In this document: piece after piece, positions 1 to 9,330 of the stretch
Numbering within the stretch: the stretch's first letter is position 1
Layout: each line of letters begins with the position of its first letter
NCBI GenBank assembly: GCA_017536475.1
Contig: JAFXHH010000010.1
Coordinates: 73,517 to 137,516, forward strand
DNA: 64,000 nucleotides
Direction: 5' to 3'
Source: Clostridia bacterium
GTDB taxonomy: Bacteria; Bacillota; Clostridia; Oscillospirales; CAG-272
Translations under genes and position numbers: made by a program
Notes under the pieces: generated by a model
The model's input: only the letters and a program-made list of their open reading frames with translations
Database searches by the model: none
Told to the model about the DNA's origin: nothing

Positions 1-1160
1 TGGGTATTCCTCAGCCCGAGGGCCGCGCCGTTACCAAGATAGAGGACGGAGTTGCCGCTGCCGCAAGGGTCGGCTATCCCGTGCTCGTTCGTCCCTCCTT
101 CGTGCTTGGCGGCCGCGCTATGCAGATCGTTGCAAACGAGGAGCAGCTCCGCCACTACCTCAAGACTGCGGTTGAGATCGACGAGGACAAGCCCGTTCTG
201 GTTGACAAGTATATCAGCGGTAAGGAGGTAGAGGTCGACGCTATCTGCGATGGTCAGGACGTATTCGTGCCCGGTATCATGGAGCTCGTTGAGAGGACCG
301 GAGTTCACTCGGGTGACTCGATAAGCGTTTATCCCGCTTTCTCGATCTCCGACAAGGTCAAGGGAACTATTCTTCAGTATGCCAAGAAGCTTGGCAAGGG
401 AATCGGTATCGTTGGTCTTTACAATATTCAGTTTATCGTTGACAAGAATGACGAGGTGTTTATCATCGAGGTAAATCCCCGTTCGTCGAGAACCGTGCCC
501 TTCCTCTCCAAGTCCACGGGTTATTCGCTTGCGGACATTGCGACAGAATGTATTCTCGGCAAGTCGCTCAAGGAGCAGGGAATCTTCTGCCTCTACCCCG
601 AGGAGAAGAACCGTTGGTACGTTAAGGTGCCTGTATTCTCATTCAACAAGCTTCGCGGTCTTGACGCGTATCTCTCTCCCGAGATGAAGTCGACGGGTGA
701 GGCGATCGGATACGACGACAAGTTCTACAGAGCACTTTACAAGGCTCTTCAGGCTTCGGGAATGCATCTGCAGAACTACGGAACCGTATTCGCTACTATT
801 GCGGACTGCGATAAGGAGGAGGCTCTGCCTCTTATCCGCCGCTTCTACAACCTCGGTTTCAATATCGAGGCAACAAGCGGAACGGCGAAGTTCCTCAAGG
901 AAAACGGTATCCGCACTCACGTTCTCAAGAAGATCTCCGACGGCTCGGAGGAGATCGCCGAGTCGATCCGCCAAGGTCATATTGCATACGTTATCAATAC
1001 GAGCGATCCTTCCTCGTCGGGTGTTACACGCGACGGCTTTGAGATCAGAAAATACGCGACTGAGAACAACGTGACTATGTTCACGTCGCTTGATACGGTC
1101 AGAGTTCTGCTCGACGTGCTTGAGGAGACCACGCTGACGATCTCTACGATAGACGCTTAA
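1..1160 (+). CDS. carB: carbamoyl-phosphate synthase large subunit, C-terminal part (5' end lies outside the window; frame enters at nt 3)
   Basis: The open frame runs from the window edge (GIPQPEGRAV...GYPVLVRPSFVLGGRAMQIV...). It shows the ATP-grasp region and MGS-like C-terminal domain typical of CarB, and pyrK/pyrD follow. Confidence 0.9.
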   Translation, partial: GIPQPEGRAVTKIEDGVAAAARVGYPVLVRPSFVLGGRAMQIVANEEQLRHYLKTAVEIDEDKPVLVDKYISGKEVEVDAICDGQDVFVPGIMELVERTGVHSGDSISVYPAFSISDKVKGTILQYAKKLGKGIGIVGLYNIQFIVDKNDEVFIIEVNPRSSRTVPFLSKSTGYSLADIATECILGKSLKEQGIFCLYPEEKNRWYVKVPVFSFNKLRGLDAYLSPEMKSTGEAIGYDDKFYRALYKALQASGMHLQNYGTVFATIADCDKEEALPLIRRFYNLGFNIEATSGTAKFLKENGIRTHVLKKISDGSEEIAESIRQGHIAYVINTSDPSSSGVTRDGFEIRKYATENNVTMFTSLDTVRVLLDVLEETTLTISTIDA

Positions 1161-1200
1161 TGATTGAGCCGGCATCAAAAGAAAATATAAGGGAAGATTA

Positions 1201-1938
1201 ATGAAACAAACAATATTTACTATAAAAGAGAATATCGCGCTTACGAGCAACGTTTACAAAATGCTGCTTAAGGGCGACACGAGCGCGGTGACCAACTGCG
1301 GTCAGTTCGTCAATATCAAGCTTGACGGATTGTTCTTGCGCAGACCTATCTCGGTTTGCGACTGCGAGGACGGTGTTCTGACGCTTATTTACAAGGTGGT
1401 CGGAAAGGGAACCGAGCTTATGAGTTCTATGGGTGCAGGCGAGAAGCTTGACGTACTGACGGGACTTGGAAACGGCTACGACACGAGTCTTTCGGGTGAT
1501 AAGCCCTTACTGCTTGGCGGTGGTGTCGGAGTGCCTCCGATGTACATGCTTTGCAAGAAGCTTATTGCAGAGGGCAAGCAGGTATCGGTCGTTCTTGGAT
1601 TTAACACCAAGGATGAGATCTTTTATGAGGACGAGTTCAGAGCGCTTGGCGCACACGTGACGGTCACGACCGTTGATGGCTCGTACGGAGTCAAGGGATT
1701 CGTTACCGACGTGATGAAGGATGCCGATTACTCCTATTTCTATACCTGCGGACCCGAGCCTATGCTCAAGGCGGTTTACAGAACCAGCGTTACCGAGGGA
1801 CAGTTCAGCTTCGAGGAGAGAATGGGCTGTGGATTCGGCGCTTGCATGGGTTGCTCGTGCAAGACTATTACGGGATATAAGCGCATTTGCAAGGAAGGTC
1901 CCGTTATGAAGAAGGAGGAGATCTTATGGGAAAGCTGA
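1201..1938 (+). CDS. pyrK: dihydroorotate dehydrogenase B electron-transfer (FAD/2Fe-2S) subunit
   Basis: 245 aa with a C-terminal Cys cluster (MGCGFGACMGCSC) and a ferredoxin-reductase-like fold. RBS AGGGAAG is upstream, and the stop overlaps the pyrD start. Confidence 0.85.
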   Translation: MKQTIFTIKENIALTSNVYKMLLKGDTSAVTNCGQFVNIKLDGLFLRRPISVCDCEDGVLTLIYKVVGKGTELMSSMGAGEKLDVLTGLGNGYDTSLSGDKPLLLGGGVGVPPMYMLCKKLIAEGKQVSVVLGFNTKDEIFYEDEFRALGAHVTVTTVDGSYGVKGFVTDVMKDADYSYFYTCGPEPMLKAVYRTSVTEGQFSFEERMGCGFGACMGCSCKTITGYKRICKEGPVMKKEEILWES

Positions 1939-2831
1939 GTGTGAATCTTTGCGGAATCGAGCTTGACAATCCCGTTATCCCTGCTTCGGGTACCTTTGGA
2001 TTTGGATACGAGTTTGCAGAGCTTTACGATATAAATATGCTGGGTACGTTCTCGTTCAAGGGAACTACTAAGGAGGCAAGATTCGGTAATCCTACGCCTC
2101 GAATCGCCGAGACTCCGAACGGAATGATAAACGCGGTGGGACTTCAGAACCCCGGTGTCGAGAAGGTGATTTCCGAGGAGCTGCCCAAGCTTGCTAAATG
2201 CTTTGATAAGAAGGTAATGGCTAACGTTTCGGGCTTTTCGGTTGAAGAATACGTTTATACCTGCGAAAAGCTTGATAAATGCGATCAGGTGGGTTGGATC
2301 GAGGTCAATATAAGCTGTCCCAACGTTCACGGCGGCGGTATGGCGTTCGGTACTACTCCCGAGGGTGCGGCAGAGGTGACTCGTGCGGTCAAGGCGGTCA
2401 CAACGAAGCCGATCATCATCAAGCTCTCGCCCAATGTTACCGATATAGTTGCGATCGCAAAGGCTTGCGAGGCGGCGGGTGCTGACGGCATCAGCCTTAT
2501 AAACACCCTGCTTGGTATGAGAATAGATCTTCGCACCAGAAAGCCTGTTATCGCCAACAAGATGGGAGGCTTTTCGGGAAGCGCGATCTTCCCCGTAGCT
2601 GTACGAATGGTTTATCAGGTCTCGCACGCGGTCAACATACCCGTTGTTGGAATGGGCGGTGTTTCGAGTGCGGAGGACGTTATCGAGATGCTGATGGCGG
2701 GAGCTGTTGCCGTTGAGGTCGGCGCGGCGAATCTCGTCGATCCTTACGCTTGTAAAAATATTATAGAGGATCTCCCGAGGGTCATGGAAAAATACCGTAT
2801 TGACTCGCTTCGGGATCTGAAGATACAGTGA
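1926..2831 (+). CDS. pyrD: dihydroorotate dehydrogenase B catalytic subunit
   Basis: MGKLSVNLCGIELDNPVIPASGTFGFG... is the class 1B DHODH signature. I chose the ATG at 1926, which overlaps the pyrK stop, rather than the upstream ORF-track start at 1887. Confidence 0.9.
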   Translation: MGKLSVNLCGIELDNPVIPASGTFGFGYEFAELYDINMLGTFSFKGTTKEARFGNPTPRIAETPNGMINAVGLQNPGVEKVISEELPKLAKCFDKKVMANVSGFSVEEYVYTCEKLDKCDQVGWIEVNISCPNVHGGGMAFGTTPEGAAEVTRAVKAVTTKPIIIKLSPNVTDIVAIAKACEAAGADGISLINTLLGMRIDLRTRKPVIANKMGGFSGSAIFPVAVRMVYQVSHAVNIPVVGMGGVSSAEDVIEMLMAGAVAVEVGAANLVDPYACKNIIEDLPRVMEKYRIDSLRDLKIQ

Positions 2832-2870
2832 TCTGAATACCTGACGGATCGGGTGTGCAGGAGGTCAGAT

Positions 2871-5615
2871 ATGATATACGAAAGTTTTTCGCTCTCGGGA
2901 ACGTGGAGAATGGATTATTGTGAGGACAAATACGAGTCCTCATATCTTCCCGAAATCAAGGGCGCCGTTATAGAAAATGCTGTGCCGGGGTATTGGGAGG
3001 ATATGACCGAGAGCTTTGAAAAAGCTCCGTTTTTCCATAGCTTGAAGATAAATCCCGAATACAGTCACCAGAAGTATCCTATTGTGGGCACTGCTCCCGA
3101 TATGCTGCTTCCAAACATTGCCGGCAATTTCTTTTACAGTCGCACGTTTATCTGCGATAAAATTGACTCTCCGTCCTGCCTACACTTCGGCGGCGTTCAG
3201 AGCTCGGCTTCGGTTTGGCTCAACGGAGTCTTCTTGGGCAGACACGAGGGATACAGCACGCCGTTTGATATCGAGATACCCGACGGAGTGCTGGTCGACG
3301 GCGAGAACACGGTCGTTTTGTCGGTCTGCAATCACAGACTTGAGGGATTTGACGGTCAGCCTGTTTCGGGAATTACGTCGCGCGCGGCGAGCGAATACAG
3401 CGGCGGAATTACGGGAGATATTGAGCTTCGTGTATATAAGAGCGCGTTGCGTGACGTGGCGATCCTTGTTTCCGAGGATTGCAAAGAGGTGGAGTGCAGG
3501 GTCGAGTCGGTCAGAGAGGTTGAATTTGCTTGGTCGGTGCTTGACGGGGAAAGAGTGATCAAAAGCGGAGAATCGGTCGGTGATTTTTGCTTTCACAGTC
3601 AGGATCTTGAGCTTTGGAGTCCCGAAAGCCCGAAGCTGTACGTGCTTAAGATAGTATGCGGAGATTCGGTGCTTGAAAGAGCTTTTGGAGTGCGCCGTCT
3701 GACTGTTGACGGACCGCATTTCCGTCTTAACGGTCAGCCTTACTATCTGCGCGGTGTTTGTGAGCATTGCTATTATCCGCTGACGGTGCATCCCGTGCAG
3801 GACGTTGAATTTTACCGCGAGGTGATCGGTAAGCTCAAGACGCTTGGCTTTAATTTTATCCGTTTTCATACTCATATTCCGCCAAAGGAATATATGCAGG
3901 CGGCGGACGAGCTTGGAATGCTGCTTCACGTTGAGAGCCCGAACAACACAAGCCTTGACGAGTGGAAGGATATCGTTACATTCTGCCGCCGATATACCTC
4001 GGTGGTGATATACTGCTGCGGCAACGAGCTTCAGCTTTACGACGATTTTCTTGAGCATATTCATCTGTGTGCCGACGAGGTGCACGGAAGGACCGATTCG
4101 CTCTTTTCACCGATGAGCGCTTTGCGCGGTCTTGAGTATAATTTCGAGGCAGAGCCCGAGCTTATGAGCGAGGTCGTGCTCGAGCCGATGAGACACAATC
4201 CGCGCCGCTTTAAGATCGCGGATGAATTCAGCGATATGTACAGCAGCTATTCGCTTGCTCATTTCAGCTATGCTTCGACCGATGCCAAGGTCAAGGACGT
4301 TAGCGATTGGAGTTTTATATACAATAACAAGCCCCGTGTTACTCACGAGATCTGTATAGACGGCACATACACCGATCTGTCGGTCAAGGAGAGATACAAA
4401 AACACGAGAATTGGCAAGACAGATATGTTCGACTCGATCGAGAGGCATCTGGCGGACAAGGGCGTTCTTGATAAAGCGCCGTTGTACTTCAGAAATTCGT
4501 GCGAATGGCAAAGACGCGTTCGCAAGTATTGCTTCGAGGCGACGAGAAGATGCGAAAATATGGCGGGATACGACTTTTTAGGTCCTATCGACACGCATTG
4601 GCACACGTTTGGCTACGACGTGGGTATGATGAACGAGTTTTATGAGCTCAAGCCCGGTGAAAGCGTGCAGAACGTGCTCAGATACAACTCTCCGACGGTA
4701 TTGCTCAACGATCTTGAAAGAAAGACTAATTTCTTTTCGGGAGAGAGCTTGTGCTGCGGCATTTACGCCTCCTGCTACGGCTTTGAGCAGATAAGCGAAG
4801 CAGTGCTTGATATAAAGCTTGTTTCGGGAGAGAAGCTGATCCGACACGACACGGCAAAAGTCGATCTTGTCGGAGGAACGCTGCCAAAGCTTTATGATCT
4901 TGACGTGGAGCTGCCCGAGGTTGACAAGCCATGCGAGATGAAGCTTTACGCTACACTTATAGGCGGCGAGCTTTCGGTTGAGAACGAATGGGAGCTTTAT
5001 TTATTCCCGAGAGTCACTGCGGTCGAGCCCGAGGGTCTTACGGTTTCGGGTGGTATGAGCGAGGAGGAGCTTATTTCACGTCTTAAAGACGGAGAGGACA
5101 TTTTGATCTTCGGATCAGCGCCGTTTGTGAATCTGCCGACGTCGTTCAAGATCGCACTTGCGGGAAGAACTTCGGGTAATCTTGCTACGGTTATTTATGA
5201 TCATCCGATATTGCGCGATCTGCCGCACGAGAGCTTCTGCTCGTGGCAGTTCAACTCGCTTCTCGAGAAGGGACGGTCGATCTGCTTTGAGTCTGATGCG
5301 GTGCCATTTGATCCGATCGTGGAGGTAGTTTCGACTCATAAAAACGTGATCCGTCAGTCCGCACTGTTTGAATTCCGTGCACTTGCGGGCAGGCTGATCG
5401 TTTGCGGATTCAATTTCAGCGAACTTGATCCTGCGGCGGTATGGCTCAAGAACCAGATCATAAAATACGCGCTGGGTAAGGATTTTGCGCCCGCGCAGGT
5501 CGTCGGAGAGAACGAAATACGCGCTCTTATTCACGGAAAGGTGTCCGTGGGGGTTGGCAACACGAATTTCGCACTCAATCTCAACGATAAGACCGCTATA
5601 AGAAAGAAAAAATAA
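2871..5615 (+). CDS. glycoside hydrolase family 2-like protein (914 aa) with a C-terminal half of unknown function
   Basis: It has a GH2 sugar-binding-domain motif (HFGGVQSSASVWLNGVFLGRHEGYSTPFDIEI) and a TIM-barrel part (FNFIRFHTHIPPKEYMQAADELGMLLHVESP). A GNE acid/base-like motif (IYCCGNELQ) is also present. AGGAGG lies 6 nt before the ATG at 2871. Confidence 0.6.
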   Translation: MIYESFSLSGTWRMDYCEDKYESSYLPEIKGAVIENAVPGYWEDMTESFEKAPFFHSLKINPEYSHQKYPIVGTAPDMLLPNIAGNFFYSRTFICDKIDSPSCLHFGGVQSSASVWLNGVFLGRHEGYSTPFDIEIPDGVLVDGENTVVLSVCNHRLEGFDGQPVSGITSRAASEYSGGITGDIELRVYKSALRDVAILVSEDCKEVECRVESVREVEFAWSVLDGERVIKSGESVGDFCFHSQDLELWSPESPKLYVLKIVCGDSVLERAFGVRRLTVDGPHFRLNGQPYYLRGVCEHCYYPLTVHPVQDVEFYREVIGKLKTLGFNFIRFHTHIPPKEYMQAADELGMLLHVESPNNTSLDEWKDIVTFCRRYTSVVIYCCGNELQLYDDFLEHIHLCADEVHGRTDSLFSPMSALRGLEYNFEAEPELMSEVVLEPMRHNPRRFKIADEFSDMYSSYSLAHFSYASTDAKVKDVSDWSFIYNNKPRVTHEICIDGTYTDLSVKERYKNTRIGKTDMFDSIERHLADKGVLDKAPLYFRNSCEWQRRVRKYCFEATRRCENMAGYDFLGPIDTHWHTFGYDVGMMNEFYELKPGESVQNVLRYNSPTVLLNDLERKTNFFSGESLCCGIYASCYGFEQISEAVLDIKLVSGEKLIRHDTAKVDLVGGTLPKLYDLDVELPEVDKPCEMKLYATLIGGELSVENEWELYLFPRVTAVEPEGLTVSGGMSEEELISRLKDGEDILIFGSAPFVNLPTSFKIALAGRTSGNLATVIYDHPILRDLPHESFCSWQFNSLLEKGRSICFESDAVPFDPIVEVVSTHKNVIRQSALFEFRALAGRLIVCGFNFSELDPAAVWLKNQIIKYALGKDFAPAQVVGENEIRALIHGKVSVGVGNTNFALNLNDKTAIRKKK

Positions 5616-5639
5616 TAATTTATATACAAGGAGACAGAA

Positions 5640-6338
5640 ATGGGAAAAGACGTAATTATTGCCTGTGATTTTGACAGCGCAGAGAAAACATTTGCATTCC
5701 TTGACAAGTTTACAGGCAAAAAGCCCTTTGTCAAGATAGGTATGGAGCTTTACTATGCGGAGGGTCCTTCGATAGTTCGTGAGATCAAAAAGAGAGGACA
5801 CAAGATATTCCTCGATCTCAAGCTTCATGATATTCCCAACACGGTCAAGAAGTCTATGGCGGTTTTGTCTCGCCTTGACGTTGATATGACTAACCTTCAC
5901 GCCGCAGGAACAAAGAGAATGATGGAGGCGGCTATCGAGGGCTTGACCCGTCCCGACGGCACTCGCCCTATGCTTATCGCGGTAACTCAGCTTACCAGCA
6001 CCGATCAGGAGAGCATGGAGAACGATCTGCTCATTCACGAGCCTATCGATAAGGTCGTTATGCACTACGCTCACAACGCTATGGAAGCAGGACTTGACGG
6101 TGTCGTTTGCTCGCCGCTTGAGGCAGGCAAGGTTCACGACACCTGCGGTAAGAGCTTTGTTACCGTTACCCCCGGTGTGCGCTTTGCCGACGGCGACATT
6201 GGCGACCAGAAGAGAGTTATGACTCCCGCTGAGGCGAAGAAGATCGGCTCGGATTATATTGTCGTTGGCAGACCGATCACTGCCGCGGCTGATCCTGTTG
6301 CGGCGTATGAGCGCTGTGTTGCGGAGTTTGTTGATTAA
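5640..6338 (+). CDS. pyrF: orotidine 5'-phosphate decarboxylase
   Basis: [12 protein letters not shown] and [14 protein letters not shown] motifs are present, with RBS AAGGAGA upstream. Confidence 0.9.
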   Translation: MGKDVIIACDFDSAEKTFAFLDKFTGKKPFVKIGMELYYAEGPSIVREIKKRGHKIFLDLKLHDIPNTVKKSMAVLSRLDVDMTNLHAAGTKRMMEAAIEGLTRPDGTRPMLIAVTQLTSTDQESMENDLLIHEPIDKVVMHYAHNAMEAGLDGVVCSPLEAGKVHDTCGKSFVTVTPGVRFADGDIGDQKRVMTPAEAKKIGSDYIVVGRPITAAADPVAAYERCVAEFVD

Positions 6339-6433
6339 GGGGGATGCGCAAGGGCTTTGCCCTTGACCCACCAAGGAACTTTTTGGGAAAAAGTTCCTTG
6401 GATCTTCAAAAACCTTTGATAATGGGTTTTGGT

Positions 6434-6586
6434 GGGTAGAGAGCAAGACTCTGTCAATAAATAATCTGTGTGCGAAGTTCTTTTGCTTCTTTTCTGTAGG
6501 AGCAACGGGTACTAATGGAATTATGGGTAGGGAGCAAGACTTTGTCAATCAATAGCCCATGTGTGAAGTTCTTTTGCTTCTTTTCT
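6434..6586. repeat. two 62-nt direct repeats (6434-6495 and 6525-6586, period 91 nt) in the pyrF-pyrE intercistronic region
   Basis: gggtagAgagcaagactCtgtcaat...gtgYgaagttcttttgcttcttttct occurs twice with a few mismatches. The second copy ends in the hairpin cttcttttct-tac-aagaaaagaag. Confidence 0.8.
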
Positions 6587-6637
6587 TACAAGAAAAGAAG
6601 AGAAAATCGTTGCATAAACTAACTAAGGAGTGTTATA

Positions 6638-7294
6638 ATGGAAAGCTATAAGAGAGAATTTATACAGTTTTTGGAGAATGCAGGCGTTCTTAAGTTTGGT
6701 GATTTTACCGCCAAGAGTGGAAGAAAGATCCCTTATTTTATCAACGCGGGAATGATAAAGACCGGTAGCGACATCGCTACTCTCGGCGAGTTTTACGCGA
6801 GAGCATACTTTGAGAAGCTCGGCAAGAAGAACGCCGTGCTTTACGGCCCTGCATATAAGGGAATTTCGCTGGCGGTCTCTGCGGCGGTCGCGCTTTCGAA
6901 GAACGGACTCAACGTACCTTTCTTCTTTAACCGTAAGGAAGTTAAGGATCACGGAGAGGGTGGTGTTTTCGTAGGCTACGTACCCCAAGCAGGCGAGGAG
7001 ATCGTAATAATCGAGGACGTTATCACGGCAGGCACTGCTATCCGCGAGAGCATGGAGATACTTTCTCACCTTGAAGGCGTTAAGGTTGCGGCTACCTTTA
7101 TTATGGTCGACCGCAAGGAAAAGGGTCAGGGCGAAAAGGGCGCTATGCAGGAGATTGAGGAGCAGTTCGGATTCCCCGTATATTCCGTAGTTGACGTTTA
7201 CGATATTATTGAATATCTTGAAGAGGACGAGAAGAACGCGGAGAACGTGCAGAGAATAAAGAACTATCTTGCCGTAAACGGTGCAAAGGCATAA
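6638..7294 (+). CDS. pyrE: orotate phosphoribosyltransferase
   Basis: It has a PRPP-binding motif (VIIEDVITAGTA), RBS TAAGGAG, and pyr operon context. Confidence 0.9.
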   Translation: MESYKREFIQFLENAGVLKFGDFTAKSGRKIPYFINAGMIKTGSDIATLGEFYARAYFEKLGKKNAVLYGPAYKGISLAVSAAVALSKNGLNVPFFFNRKEVKDHGEGGVFVGYVPQAGEEIVIIEDVITAGTAIRESMEILSHLEGVKVAATFIMVDRKEKGQGEKGAMQEIEEQFGFPVYSVVDVYDIIEYLEEDEKNAENVQRIKNYLAVNGAKA

Positions 7295-7316
7295 TTTGTG
7301 CCGAGAAAGGTGAAGT

Positions 7317-8399
7317 ATGAAGCATCTTATTGATATTCAGGAATTGTCCACGGTTGAGCTTGCAGAGATGATAGCGACTGCCGAGGATATTATAGCTAAT
7401 CCGCAAAAATATGCCGATGCGTGCAGAGGCAAAAAGCTTGCGACTCTCTTTTTCGAGCCGTCGACTAGAACCCGTCTTTCCTTTGAGGCGGCAATGTACG
7501 AGCTTGGTGGAAACGTGCTTTCGGTATCGAGTGCGAATTCGTCGTCTGCGGCAAAGGGCGAGAGCATTGCCGATACGGCAAAAACGGTATCCTGCTACGC
7601 AGATATTATAGCTATGCGTCATCCCAAGGAGGGCGCGCCGCTTGTGGCTTCGATGAATGCCTCCATTCCTGTTATAAATGCGGGCGACGGCGGTCATAAT
7701 CATCCCACGCAGACGCTTGCCGATCTTTTGACTATCTGGAGAGAAAAGAGAAGATTTGACAACCTGACGATCGGTCTTTGCGGTGATCTTAAATTCGGAC
7801 GCACCGTACATTCGCTTATCAGCGCGATGTCGAGATATTCGGGCATTAAATTTGTGCTCATCTCTCCCGAGGAATTGAAGCTCCCGAGTTACGTCAGAGA
7901 GGAATTCATTGAGTCGAAGGGTATCGAATACAAGCAGACGACCGATCTTATCGAAGTCATGCCCGAGCTTGATATTCTTTATATGACGAGAGTTCAAAGA
8001 GAGCGTTTTTCGAGTGAGGACGAGTACCAGAGGCTCAAGGACAGTTATATTCTGACCCCCGACAAGCTTGAGACGGCAAAATCTGATCTCTCGATTCTTC
8101 ATCCGCTGCCCAGAGTTAACGAGATCTCGGTTGCTATCGACAGCGATCCCAGAGCTTGTTATTTCAAGCAGGTGCTCAACGGTAAATATATGAGAATGGC
8201 TCTTATATTGAAGCTTTTGTCGATGAAGGACTGTGAGAGCGATGCGAGCTATGAGGGCGAGAGAGTCGTTGACACTATCAAGTGTCAGAATCCTCGTTGT
8301 ATTACGTCGGTTGAGCAGGAGCTTCCTCACGTTTTCAAGCTGACCGATAAGGAGCAGGGAGTTTACCGCTGCATTTACTGCGAGAGCAAGGCGAAATAA
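7317..8399 (+). CDS. pyrB: aspartate carbamoyltransferase catalytic chain with a C-terminally fused PyrI-type zinc domain
   Basis: STRTR and HPTQ motifs are present with HPLPR near aa 262. An extra ~55 aa tail contains CQNPRC...CIYC, which resembles the PyrI zinc domain. Confidence 0.85.
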   Translation: MKHLIDIQELSTVELAEMIATAEDIIANPQKYADACRGKKLATLFFEPSTRTRLSFEAAMYELGGNVLSVSSANSSSAAKGESIADTAKTVSCYADIIAMRHPKEGAPLVASMNASIPVINAGDGGHNHPTQTLADLLTIWREKRRFDNLTIGLCGDLKFGRTVHSLISAMSRYSGIKFVLISPEELKLPSYVREEFIESKGIEYKQTTDLIEVMPELDILYMTRVQRERFSSEDEYQRLKDSYILTPDKLETAKSDLSILHPLPRVNEISVAIDSDPRACYFKQVLNGKYMRMALILKLLSMKDCESDASYEGERVVDTIKCQNPRCITSVEQELPHVFKLTDKEQGVYRCIYCESKAK

Positions 8400-8477
8400 A
8401 GCAATTATTTTCGGCAAATACTTTTAGCATATTCGTTTCCCATATAATAAATAAAAAATTTTTTGGAGGATTTAGAC

Positions 8478-9278
8478 ATGAGCTTTTTGAAGAACAAAAC
8501 TGCAATTATTACGGGTGCGGGATTCGCGACGCTTTCTGACGGCAGATGCGGATCTATCGGTTACGGTATCGCGACCGCTTATGCCAAGGAGGGTGCAAAT
8601 CTGGTCATCACGGGAAGAAACCTTGCAAAGCTTGAAAAAGCGAAGGAGGAGCTTGAGAAAAATTACGGCGTTCGCGTTCTTGCTATCGCCGCAGACATTT
8701 CTGCCGGAAAGGACAACGAGGCGGTCGCCAAGGGCGTTGCCGAGGCGGCTATAAAGGAATTTGGCAGAATAGACGTACTGATAAACAACGCGCAGGCATC
8801 GGCTTCGGGCGTTACTATTCAGGATCACACCACCGAGCAGTTTGATCTTGCGATGTATTCGGGCCTTTATGCGACGTTTTACTATATGAAGGCTTGCTAT
8901 CCTTATCTCAAGGAGACCAAGGGAAGCATAGTTAACTTTGCTTCGGGCGCGGGCTTGTTCGGAAACTACGGTCAGTGCTCTTACGCCGCAGCGAAGGAGG
9001 GAATTCGCGGTCTTTCGCGCGTTGCCGCTACCGAATGGGCACGTGACGGTATCAATACAAACGTGGTTTGTCCTCTTGCTTGGACTGCACAGCTTGAAAA
9101 CTTTGAAAAGGCTTATCCCGAGGCGTTTAAGGCAAACGTGAAGATGCCTCCTGCGGGACATTTCGGCGATCCCGAGACCGAGATCGGACGCGTTTGCGTT
9201 CAGCTCGCTTCTCCCGATTTTAAGTATCTCAACGGAGAAACGCTCACACTTGAGGGCGGAATGGGACTCAGACCTTGA
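8478..9278 (+). CDS. SDR-family oxidoreductase
   Basis: The TGAG...G Rossmann motif carries an insertion, and the YAAAK (YxxxK) catalytic motif is present. GGAGGA lies upstream of the ATG at 8478, while the ORF-track start at 8463 is a TTG inside the RBS. Confidence 0.8.
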   Translation: MSFLKNKTAIITGAGFATLSDGRCGSIGYGIATAYAKEGANLVITGRNLAKLEKAKEELEKNYGVRVLAIAADISAGKDNEAVAKGVAEAAIKEFGRIDVLINNAQASASGVTIQDHTTEQFDLAMYSGLYATFYYMKACYPYLKETKGSIVNFASGAGLFGNYGQCSYAAAKEGIRGLSRVAATEWARDGINTNVVCPLAWTAQLENFEKAYPEAFKANVKMPPAGHFGDPETEIGRVCVQLASPDFKYLNGETLTLEGGMGLRP

Positions 9279-9284
9279 TCTGAT

Positions 9285-9319
9285 AAATAAAAAACGGCAC
9301 CCGACGGGTGCCGTTTTTT
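9285..9319. terminator. bidirectional rho-independent terminator between the convergent SDR and hydrolase genes
   Basis: The stem cggcaccc-gac-gggtgccg is flanked by an A-run and a T-run. Confidence 0.8.
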
Positions 9320-9330
9320 CGTTTGCGGAT

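Noticed and set aside
2853-2870. The ORF track gives longer N-terminal extensions for many genes. Examples are the starts at 2853, 8463, 11654, 12925, 15003, 22505, 27637, 29137, 34108, 39376, 39433, 47227, 48825, 49530, 58586 and 61637.
   Set aside because: In each case an internal ATG is preceded at 5-9 nt by a GGAGG-type RBS and gives an N-terminus typical of the family. Examples are a signal peptide starting MKK, or alignment with conserved N-terminal motifs. The extensions overlap upstream genes, promoters or terminators.
6339-6637. The pyrF-pyrE spacer might contain a PyrR-binding attenuator.
   Set aside because: The conserved PyrR binding loop (UCCAGAGAGG-type) is not present; only a loose AGAGAG in gggtagagagcaag resembles it. 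No terminator/antiterminator pair with a T-tract is evident, and no pyrR is in the window.
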